From positions 744,001 to 808,000 of the forward strand of contig RSEE01000009.1 of assembly GCA_003971905.1 (NCBI GenBank): a stretch of 64,000 nucleotides of DNA, read 5' to 3'. Of this stretch, positions 13,353-23,410 are shown in pieces. The position numbers and the translations under genes are program-made. Source of the stretch: Moniliella sp. 'wahieum' (taxonomy: Eukaryota). Positions within the stretch are counted from its first letter, which is position 1. Every line of letters starts with the position of its first letter. The notes under the pieces are model-generated. The model was not told the DNA's origin. It did not search any database and was given only the letters and a program-made list of their open reading frames with translations.

Positions 13353-13569
13353 TGTTGGGACCCGTGGTCCCGTACTTAGGCCAAGGCGCCTCATCACCCT
13401 TCACCCCTGATTTGTCCTCCGAAGCCTCCACGTGTATACTCAGGCTTGTCTGAACCCCTGTCTCTAGGTGTGGCACAAGGCTTAGACCTCAACCACCACC
13501 ATCGCGATTGCATTGCTCTACATTTCCAGAGGTTCTTCACCCAATCCCTTGGGTTCCTCCGGTCTTACA
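13353..13569. mobile_element. Solo LTR (family B), 217 bp
   Basis: Starts TGTTGGGACC and ends GGTCTTACA (TG...CA). Flanked by a perfect 5-bp TSD GATGT (13348-13352 and 13570-13574). Internal gcttagacc..caccacca..gcgattgcat is shared with the family-A solo LTRs. Confidence 0.8.
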
Positions 13570-13769
13570 GATGTTGACGCTTGAGACAGTGTGTGTGTGA
13601 CTCGGACCTTAGTGCGGAGGCCTGTGCGGGCCTCTCATCTGGAAAGATGGTGACGGGCTTCACCAAATGATCATTTATGAATGATGACCCGCGGCCCCAC
13701 CTTCTTTCTCAGTTCTCAGTGCTGTGCTAGCCCATATCAACATGGGCATATGTATAAAGCTTACAAGGA

Positions 13770-15835
13770 GAACCACCGGGCCTACGGCCTGGTCAGCTGG
13801 GGCTTTGCCCCAGCTGCCGTTCCCCCTTCGCCACCGTAGCCACCGTTCCACCGTCGCCAACACCGGCATAGAGAAATAATATCACCGATGCGTGCTGCTG
13901 GCTGTGGGTGGGGGTGGTGTGGGGTGGCGTGGAACGTGGCACGGGGCAGCTGATGTAAAAAGTGCACAGGGCGAATGGAGGAATAATATACAGCCACGTC
14001 GCCATGCTCGACTTTACCAACGCGTTCAACACCGTGCGCCGTCGCACACTCGCCAACGCGCTCCATGCCTACGCCCCCATCTCCTCACCTTGGGCCGATG
14101 GATCTATGGTTCCCCCACCCAGCTTTGGGTTGCGTCGGGCGGAAATGAGACCAGCATCCTGTCGGCAGAGGGCGTACGGCAGGGCGACCCCCTCGCCCCC
14201 TTTTCTTCTCCATCGCAGTGCGGCCCACGCTAGAGAAGTTGAGAGATGCTCTGCCACCGGGGCACCTGGTGATGGCATACCTGGACGACATTACGATTTT
14301 CGGTCCAGGGCCAGGCATTACCGGCCAAGCCGCGGAGATTTTGGAAGACGACGCGTCAGGCCTCAAGCTCACCTGCGCAAGTGTGTCGAGCGGGACCGGG
14401 ACCAGATTCGGGAGGATGGTCTGCAGGCTCTGGGCACTTGTGTGGGAGGGGTAGACTGTCGTCGATCGTGGCTCCGGGCCCAACTGGCCAGTCTGAGGGA
14501 GAACATGCCTAAGTTTGATGGCATCACCCGCCAGGGACGCCTCTTACTATGGCGGCTCAGCACTCAGACCAAGCTGCGCTACCTGCTCCGCGCCATGCAG
14601 ATGGAAGGAGAGCTAGACGACGTGCTGGCCGAGATTGATGCCTTCATCTGTACGGAGTTCAGACGGATCCGGGGCGACGAGGATCCCCAAGGTGCCAAGG
14701 ACGACCACTTCGACATGCTCATGAGCCTGCCCCTCCGGCTGGGAGGATGTGGCAGCCCGCTTTACTCGTATATCGCGCCCCACGCCCGTGCCGCGGCCAA
14801 CGAGGTCAACGACTATCTTATTACCACTTATGTTGACCGTTCGGGACCGCAAACGGCAAGGGCCAACGCATTTACGAAGCAACGCCAGCGCTGCCGCGAG
14901 ATGTGGGAGCAAAGTCGACAGGAGCTGCTCCAGAAGCTGGACGCTGCCGATGGTCGCCATGTGGTTGAGCACAGCAACCCGCTGAGCCACAACTGGCTCT
15001 CCACCATTCCGTCCGTCCGTCGTACCTCAAGCTCTCCGACCAGCAGGTCCAGGTCGGTCTCCAGCTCCGCACGCTGTGCCGCACCACGCGCAGCATGTGC
15101 AAGTGCGGCATCATGTCCTCGCTGGAACATATCATGTCTTGCACCCGCTCCCAGGCCAAGTTTGGTGCGTTGCATGACGCAGTGCGGAAGCCCATTCTCC
15201 AGCTCCTACGCTCCGTCCCGACACCCACGTCTGCAACGAACCTATGGTGGAGGAAGAGGATGGGACGAGGCGTGGACCGAGGGCACAGCGCACCGACTAC
15301 CGCGTGATGGGGCCCGGAGCACTCGGAGGATCAGGAATGGAGGTAGACCACACGCTGCGCGACACGGGATCGCTGGAGGCGCAGAGCGCGTTCCGGAGGG
15401 TGGTGCATGAGAGCACCGCAACCCCCTTGGAACGCCGGGAGAAGGAGCTGCTTCGGCTGCTTGAACAAGCAGAATGCGACAAGAACGCCAAGTACCAGGG
15501 ACGCACTCAAGAGCCGTTTTTCCCCCTGGTTTTGACGCCGCCAGGATACTACGGCACCAAGACGGCGGGCAAGTTGTTTGCGCATTGGAAGGAGTTGGCT
15601 ACTAAGTCTCAGTGGAAATGGTTCCTCGCTCGGATGTCAACCACGTTCCTCCGTGTCCACACGCGCTTCCTAGGGTACGGGACCGGATGGCGAGAACCAG
15701 AGTCCTGATATGCGGGCGATCCCCTGGTTCCTTGACCTTAGTGGCGCCCCCAAGTAACCCCCGCAAGATGAACGGTTAGCTTTAGACGTAGCGCTCCCCC
15801 TGTCCCAGCCTTAAGCTCTGTCAATGATATGGATT
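13770..15835 (+). mobile_element. CRE-clade (Cnl1/MoTeR-like) non-LTR retrotransposon with RT and restriction-like endonuclease; N-terminal ORF region missing or degenerate; longest copy in window
   Basis: 5' double-hairpin motif at 13775-13816. RT motifs GGVE, LDFTNAFNTVRR, GVRQGDPLAP, YLDDITIFG, thumb SLPLRLGGCG, HNWLSTIP. CCHC knuckle CKCG..EHIMSC..HDAV and RLE motifs RTDYRV..EVDHT..KNAKY. The 3' UTR is shared with other copies. Confidence 0.9.
13962..15708 (+). pseudogene. Frameshifted RT-RLE polyprotein ORF of the CRE-like element
   Basis: Motifs are spread over ORFs 13962-15410, 13892-14233, 14218-14454, 15095-15307 and 15244-15708. An in-frame TAA at ~13955 lies in the degenerate region just upstream. 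Confidence 0.8.
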
Positions 15836-16074
15836 CGGAAGTAGAGATGAAAGAGTCCTTCATCGATCAATCTGCAAATTTCAAGCTTCAAAAGCTGCCT
15901 CTTTGAATCAACCAGACAAGTGGCTTCCACACCTTCAGTTGCAAAACCTCCAGCCCCCCGTGGCTTCTCTCTACTGTCATAAAATACGTTTTTTATGCAA
16001 TGGCATATGTATACTTTTAGCGACGACGAACGACGCAAATAAGAAGCGTATCTATCAGCAGTCTGGGCGCAGTA

Positions 16075-16278
16075 GAGGGAGTCGGAGGTCAGATGGTACA
16101 GTACTACTGTAAACAGAAGTGCATCCGCGGCACAACCACAGACGATTGGCTGATAGAGGTGCTAACCGCGCTAGCCGAGGGAGTCGGAGGTCAGATGGTA
16201 CAGTACTACTGTAAACAGAAGTGCATCCGCGGCACAACCACAGACGATTGGCTGATAGAGGTGCTAACCGCGCTAGCC
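16075..16278. repeat. Perfect 102-bp tandem duplication
   Basis: 16075-16176 and 16177-16278 both read gagggagtcggaggtcagatggtacagtac...gctaaccgcgctagcc. Confidence 0.92.
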
Positions 16279-16624
16279 TCTGACATGCACAGCCAATTCA
16301 GAGGATGCGTTGTGAGCGCCATAGCAAACACATAACTGCTAGAGTGCGACTTGGGAGCACTCGCGATCCTATGGATCAGCTGCAAAGCAGCCTTCAGACA
16401 AGGGGTGAAGGCAAAGTGGTGAGCCACAAGTCTTCAAGCAACGTCTGAAGGGAAGGAGAAAGGAGAGAGAGAAGGGAGATGGAGCGAGCAGGGCGTGCGC
16501 GGCCTGCGAGCGGAACGCTTCCGCTCGGCTAGGCGAGCGTCACCGATCCATTGAGGGCCGCGCAGGAGAACCCTAGCAGTACCCTCTAACAATAACAAGC
16601 ATAAAGGAGGTAGATCCCTAAGTC

Positions 16625-17000
16625 ACGTCCATTTCATTGACAGAGCTTAAGGCTGGGACAGGGGGAACGCTACGTCTAACCGTAACCGTTCATCTTGCGG
16701 GGGTTACTTGGAGGCGCCACTAAGGTCAAGGGTTAATAAAAGAGACCCGTTTTTTCTTTACGTAAAGTTACACAAGCATACCACCTGGCACGTTCAACCC
16801 GCGCGTTCCAGGCGGGCGCAGCCAGGCGGATGCACATGGGTGATAAAATTCCGCCCAAGGCGTAGTGGTGAATACAATTCCGCTCTCCAGCGTGGAACGG
16901 TGGAGTGGCGACGGGGGGAACGGTGGCTAAGGTGGCGACGGTGCACCAAGCACCAAGCTGGGGCGGCCCAGCTGACCGGGCCGTAGGCCCGGTGGTCTTC
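16625..17000 (-). mobile_element. Short (~375 bp) non-autonomous internally deleted derivative of the CRE-like element (SIDE-like)
   Basis: 16634-16731 is the reverse complement of the element 3' UTR (15730-15827, near-identical). 16866-16999 is the reverse complement of the 5' motif at 13770-13886. No RT sequence lies in between. Confidence 0.8.
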
Positions 17001-17626
17001 TAGTCTTCTAGTCTTAGATCTTATTGGCTGCCCCATATCCTTCTGGGTAGTCGCTCCGCGATGCATGACTAGCATGGTCGTTAGTCAGCATGTGTGTCGT
17101 GCTAAACTGTCTCACTGTTTCATGTTGCGGTTGTTCGCATTATTGTCAGCCGCTCGCTCTCAGCTGGCAAGCGTTATCCCACTGCTATCCCTCCTGCGCC
17201 ACCATCCCGCAGACCTCCACAATCTGGACCAAGACTCGGTCTGTGCTGTCTGTTTACTACGCGAAACTAAGCTGAGCCAAATACGAAAAGGCGTTGAGTT
17301 GCAGAGGGGCCTACTGGCCCTCTCTGTGAGATTTTGTGCTACTGTTGATGATATAATAGGTTACCGATCCTCGGCGACTGCCCGTCATCGATCATCTGGC
17401 AAGCTTCCAATCTCCTGTCGTTCAGCCTCAACCGCACCCTGTAGGACATCCTTTACAGCATTTTACCTCTCTACTCACTACTTCCGCCACCGATACCTTC
17501 GCCTCCCCTCTGGAACCCATATAATAATACCCGTCCTAACTCACGGTCAACAACTGCGTCAACCCTCAGCAGTCATCTCTTCGGTTCTGGTGTACTTCCG
17601 TCACCTAATTTCCTTTCCTTTTTGTC

Positions 17627-19567
17627 ATGAACTCACAAAAGGAAGTTACGGAAAGCGCCCAGGCGTCAACCGAAAACTACGCCAAGAAGGACTTTACCGG
17701 CGACATTGCCACTGCTAAAAACTCAAGCGGGGATCTAGACGCGCCTACGACGCATGTCGTTGCCGCCGAACCAGGCGGAGAGTACGAAAAAGCGAACGGC
17801 CATGACGAAGACGACGACTTGGAGGCACGCATGGGCTACAAGAGCGAATTCTCAAGAGAGTTCAAGAGCTTAAGCACCATCTCGTTTGCTTTTTCGATCA
17901 TGTTAGTCGATCCCTTCTATTTCCATTGTTGCTACGTTGCCAAAGAATCATCCACTGACCAGTACCTTTAACCAATGCAGGGGCCTGGTGTCTTCAGTCA
18001 CTTCTACCTTCAACACGCCTTATCAAGCTGGAGGTCCCACAGCTGTCGTATGGTCTTGGTTCATGGGCTCATGCTTCAACATGGCGCTTGGATCAGCCAT
18101 CGGTGAGCTCGTATCGGCATATCCTTCTGCTGGAGGGTTGTATTCAGCTTCTGGCCTTGTCGTTCCACGCCGGTGGGCGCCCATCGTTGCCTGGATCACA
18201 GGCTGGCTCAATTTCACTGGACAAATCGCCGGCATTGCGGGGACGGGGTGGGGCCTTGCATCTATGCTCTGGGCATATGCATATGTTGCCAATGGGTACA
18301 TCCCAGCACCCAACGTCTACGAAACCAACACAGGCGCGTACGTTGGTCTCTACATTGCTATCATGTGCATCCATGGTATGATCTGTAGCTTCCCCAATCG
18401 TTGGCTAGCCAAGTTCACTTCAAGTTACGTCTTTATCAATCTGGGTGCGACTGTTGTCACGGCTATTGTGTGCCTGTCCCGGACGCCCTCAGACGAGATG
18501 CTAAGTTCACATGATGCAGTGGGAAATTTGCAGGATTACACCGGGTGGGGGTCTAAGGCAATGGCGCTTTTTATCGGTCTTCAGTCTGTCCAGTTTGTAA
18601 TGACAGGTACGTCCTTTTTTCTTTTTACCCTATAGCCTCGTATGTGTAACTGACTCGTGTTCTCGTGTCGAATCCCTCAGACTACGACGCTAGCGCTCAT
18701 ATGTCCGAGGACATTGCTCGGGCTTCTGTTGCAGCTCCTGTTGCGATCTTTGTCGCCATTGTCGGCACCGGCTTGTTTGGGCTATTCCTTAACATTGCGA
18801 TGGCCTACAGCTCAGGTGGGATTGATTTGAGCAACACAGACAACATGCCCGGGGGCCTGATCTTTGCCCAGATTCTTCGTGTGCGCGCCACCAAGACAGG
18901 GTTTCTCATCATTTGGCCTTTCATCATGGCCGTTGCATGGTTCGTAATCCAGACCTCTCTCCAGGCCAATGCTCGATCATTCTATGCCTTCTCTCGCGAC
19001 GGCGGTCTGCCCGACAATAAGTTCTTTGCTCGGATCAACAGCAAGACTAAACAGACCGTCAACGCCGTCTGGCTCGTCGTCGCTTTAGACATTCTCATCA
19101 TCTTCTTGGCGTTTGCCTCCCGTGTAGCCGTGGAGGCTGTTTTTTCCCTCTCAGCCCTAGGTATGGATACGTCGTACCTCATCCCCATCATCTGTCGGCA
19201 AATCTTTCAAGACCATCCAGAGGTCCAATTCCAGCCGGGTCCCTTTTATTTAGGCCGGGGGTGGTTTTCATACCTGGTAAACGCCATCGCAATCGTTTGG
19301 ACCACGTTTGAAGTGACTGTCTTGTCCTTCCCTACCGTTCGGCATTACGGCGCAACAACGTTCAATTGGAGCTGGGTTATTATGTGGGGCGTCTTGGTTA
19401 TCGCCATGACGTGGTATGCACTCTTCGCGTGGAAGACCTACCACGGTCCCATATCCACTCTCAACAAGTCCCAGCTGGAGAAACTTGGAATCGTCGACCG
19501 TCAGGAGGACGGCAGCAATCTTGCCGTGCCCATCGAGCCGCAGAAGGATGACGACATCTCAAAATGA
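17627..19567 (+). CDS. APC-superfamily amino acid/polyamine permease (GABA/choline permease-like, Uga4/Hnm1 type)
   Basis: LEARMGYKSEFSREFKSLSTISFAFSIMG, GGPTAVVWSW, GELVSAYPSAGGLY, TDYDASAHMSED, RSFYAFSRDGGLP, FQPGPFYLG, many hydrophobic helices. Introns 17902-17980 and 18607-18680. No frameshift needed. Confidence 0.93.
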
Positions 19568-20068
19568 TCACAGGTGAGGGTACCTGCATCAGGCTGGGCA
19601 TAAGTTCGTCCTCACCTTCCCTTCCATCTCTACACTACCCCCTCTTTCCTTTACTTCATTTCTGATTCATCCTGTCCTGCCTGTCTGGACTCCCCTGTGG
19701 GGCATTCGCGGTACCCCATCGTTGGCCCGTATCTCTTCCAACTCTGAACATGATGCGTGCTTGGACCCTACTTGTGCCCCTTCCCGCCTACAGTCCCTCC
19801 CTTTGAGCCACGCACTGTATATACCTGCTCGAGGCCTACGTTGCGTATATGTATCTCCCCTCGAGGCCCATTTGTCCTAAGATTGTGTCTTCATCATACT
19901 GTTAACGCAACAGTATGAATCCCACCATCATAAAATCAGTTGCAGTTCAAGTTAATACTCGGGAGCACGGAGCAACGGAACCGGTCGCAGCAGGAGCTCG
20001 AGTGTTGATGGGACGGACTTGGTAAGGTCTAGAATTACATTACACGGAGGCGCCTGAGAGCGATAGAC

Positions 20069-20798
20069 TCAGACGACCGACATGACCAGCTTTTCGTCGA
20101 GAGCCTTCACTTCCGTGTGAATCGCATCGTACTCGGCTTGGTAATCCTCCTTGGCTGGTGCCGCCTTCTTGCCGCCCGAGGGAACGATCATGATGCAGGA
20201 CGTAGCCCGCTTGGTCGACGAGGCAGATCCGAGACCGTCTTTGGAGGCAACAAAGATGTAGGGAACGCCATTGTCTTCACACAGGATGGGCAAGTGAGAG
20301 AGGATGTCCATGGGGCTGATGTCGCCGGCCAGGACCACCAGGCCCTTCTCGCCTTTGCGGAGGCTCTTAACAACCTCTTTGACACCGCGGCGAACGTGGC
20401 CACGGCTCTTTCCAGCCTTCTTGATGGTCTTGAAGAGCTTCTTGGTAAGCTTCTTCTGGGCAAGAGGGTCTGGAAAGAGATGAGCTTGAGTTAGTCCTCG
20501 GAACCGGGTAGGCTATGCCGCAGCAGAGGGCACAGAGGAGGGAAAGAGAAGGCAAAGAAGCATAATACGCACGAGCAATGGGGCTCAAGTTTTCCGGCTC
20601 GGCCAGCTTCTCATCGCCCTCGGTGTCAATGGCAAACGTAGCGTCGCCGGCAGTGGTGTCAGCGTCCTTGGCCTTTTTGTCCTTCTTCTCCTTCTTGTCC
20701 TTCTTAGACTTTTTGCTGACGTGGGAGGCGTCGGCAGCAGAAACAGTGGAGGCATCAGCCATGGCCACGTCCTCGTTCTTCTTCTCGTGCTTGCCCAT
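20069..20798 (-). CDS. NHP2: H/ACA snoRNP subunit Nhp2 (L7Ae family)
   Basis: SPIAHPLAQKKLTKKLFKTIKKA..RRGVKEVVKSLRKGEKGLVVLAGDISPMDILSHLPILCEDNGVPYIFVASKDGLGSASSTKRATSC. Intron 20470-20572. Confidence 0.95.
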
Positions 20799-20954
20799 TG
20801 TTGGTTTGGTCGGTGGTGGAAGCGTAACGAAGCGGCAGGGCTCGGCCCTCCAAATTTTGTCCACGGCTGCGGTTGCTTGCTTAGGGCAGGGGCGGAACAA
20901 TTTTTTTCTTGGGGGTGCATTCCGCTCTGACTGAACGCCCGCCAAAACCTTCAT

Positions 20955-21180
20955 CCGTTGATGCATGGTGTGTGGTGCGTGGTGCGTGATGCATCTTCAA
21001 TCTTCAAGCTTCAAGTTTCAACAGCTTCAAGCTGCAAGTTTGGTTGCATATTTCAAAACTGGATGCAATATCATCATCACGCATTATCATCGCTCTTTGA
21101 TCCTCGGCCTCATCGCAAGCGTTGTGTTTTGCTGATGAACCAGGTGGGTCGTTGATGACGTTGATGTTGATCTTCAGCAT
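20955..21180. repeat. Cluster of 7-bp-period microrepeats upstream of NHP2
   Basis: cttcaagcttcaagtttcaacagcttcaagctgcaag (21002-21038); gatgcat motifs at ~20960 and ~20988. Confidence 0.7.
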
Positions 21181-21754
21181 CCTTTGACCATCTCGTACTC
21201 TCCCCCAACGCAGCTTCAGGCTTCAGATTTCTGGCCTCGAGAATCTTGAGGCCCAGGCGGTTTCATAAACCCATTTATTCTGAACAGGTCCTAATCGACG
21301 GAAACATTATTATCGCGAAGGCGGCGCCTCTTTTTTCGCCTGTACGCACTGCTTCTTCTTCACCTGCCTGGCAGGGACGGTAAGAAGCTCCTGGGCGTTC
21401 AGACAGGGACAAATTAATTAGCGCAGTCGCTTGACCTAAGATGATCTCGATGATCGATCCTAGAGCAAGAAGAGCAAGCAGCAAAAGCAGTGGTGCACGG
21501 GTAGGGGCAGGGAAGGTGGCGTTTTGGGAGGGAGGGGGTAACATTAAACGGATAGCGGATGACTTGATTTGACAGTGCCCAAGTAATAGGGGTTCGGCGG
21601 AGTGAGTAATTTCCTCATGGGGAGGGTGGGGGAACCAGGGTTAGAGGCGATCGAATCTGAACCTCAAAGTAGGGAAGCACCTCCAAGGCGGCAACCCATA
21701 ATCCGGGAGTGAGTGGGAGTAAGGCTGCGTAGGGCGCGGGGGAGAAACGGAAGG

Positions 21755-23002
21755 CTACGAAGTGGGAGCGGAGGCGGAGGCGGAGGAAGAGGGATATGAA
21801 GGTAGTGCCACTGGTTGAGGAGCAAGGAGGTCGCCGTTTGGCTTCTCATATTCAAACCGCATTTGGCGTCCAAGCTCCCCGTTGGGGTGGTTGCGGGCAA
21901 AGTGAGCCTTGCCATGACCCAACGATTGGGCCACCGCAAACACAAGCGCATCCCCCATGGCCAAGGCGAGGGTCGTCGAGCTGCTTGGAGCTGGCACGGC
22001 CCCCCATGCCTCTGGCTCTTGCGCGCTCGGTTCCTCGCGCCTCACCAGTGACGTAGGATCGTCAAGGGGGACAAGGAGAAAGAGCTGCATTCGGACGAGA
22101 CAGAGGAAGACGAGTCGTAGGTATCCTCGCTTGGCCTGTCCGACTCGGGAGCGAGGCAGGGACAAAGCAAGTGGGAAAAGCAGGGTGGAAAGGGAGGGCG
22201 CGGTTGATGGGCCCAAGAAGGCGGGTGGGGCGAGGGGAGTAGGGTGGTGCAGAAGCGGCAAACGACAATCGATTTATGCATCCGCCTGCCGAACAAGCTC
22301 CGACTCGGGTTTGCCACACAATGCAATCATCTTGGCGCCCCTCGAACGAAGGTGAGGGGTCAAAGCCAATAGTTCCCCCGTCGCACCAGAGTTGGACAGA
22401 ACCAAGACCAGATCCCTGCGATCGACGACACCCAAGTCGCCATGAAGCGCCTCGATCGGATGGAGGAAACGCGGATGGGATTCCAAGGGAAAGGGAGGTG
22501 GCATGCAACTTCGTCCAATCAATCCCGATTTTCCCACCCCACCAAAACCAGCTTTCCCTTGGGCCGACGTACGCGTTTGCCATCGAGAACGGCGGGGCGT
22601 ACCGCTCGAGCCAAGGCAATCGCAATATCGAATGGCTTCCCGGGGACGGCTGAGGGGTGAGAGGGATCGTTGGAAGGGCCAAACGATCTGCGGCAGCCAA
22701 AAGAGCGCGCGCCTCGCTGCGCAACACATCAATCGCCATGGAGCGTGCGGGAGGGATGGGAGCAGATGGGCGGCTGGGATCTGGCAAGAAGGTATTGGGG
22801 GCGCACCGGTAGAGGGTGACGCAGGACAGGTGCACGTGGAGGGTAGGAGGAGAGGGGAGGAGGCAGCACTGGAGGACGTCGTCGCGTTGGACAAGGAATC
22901 GGGCGAGGCGGTCTGGTTGGAGGGGGAATAGGTGTCGGAGTGGGCTTGGGAGCCCGATCGGCCCCAATGGGCGTGAAAGGTACAGGATGCGAGGGTGGAC
23001 AT
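21755..23002 (-). CDS. SIS-domain sugar-phosphate isomerase, KpsF/GutQ (arabinose-5-phosphate isomerase)-like, without CBS domains; frameshifted, start uncertain
   Basis: AIDVLRSEARALLAAA, GVGKSGLIGR, SLGIPSAF-LHPIEALHGDLGVV, LSNSGATGELL, APSSSTTLALAMGDAL, FARNHPNGELG. Confidence 0.85.
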
Positions 23003-23139
23003 GGCGGGGCGAGAGGACGAGTGGAAGTAAGTTGGGAGGAGCGCCCAGGCCACTCAGGCGTCTGGTTGTCCAAAAGGGCAATTGGAGGAAGCTTGGCTGC
23101 TCTGGCAAGGCCGCAGCCGGCGCTCGGGGTGGTGTTCGC

Positions 23140-23410
23140 CAAGCATCATGCATCATGCATCATCATCGTCATCATCGATCATCGATCGGGGCGGGCCGTC
23201 TTGCATCCGCCGGGAGCGGGGCTTGCAAGGGCGCTAGCGAGCACTAGCAGGCACTAAACGCTAAGTGCCGGAGCCCACGTGGCTACGTCAAGCTTCAGCG
23301 CTTCAGCTTCATCGATCATCGACCATCGATCATCGATCATCTGATCGTACAAACAAGCGCTTTAAATATAAAAGCGCTAAGCGCTAATTTGCGCAACGAT
23401 GCGCGTCACG
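23140..23410. repeat. Cluster of 7-bp-period microrepeats upstream of the SIS gene
   Basis: gcatcatgcatcatgcatcatc (23143), catcgatcatcgatc (23173), tcaagcttcagcgcttcagcttc (23288), catcgatcatcgaccatcgatcatcgatcat (23310), aagcgctaagcgctaa (23372), cgcgtcacgcg (23402). Confidence 0.85.

Noticed and set aside
16560..16635. TTAGGG-like words next to CRE 3' ends suggesting telomere-repeat targeting as in Cnl1/MoTeR
   Set aside because: Only isolated single hexamers, with no tandem telomeric array at any of the six copies.
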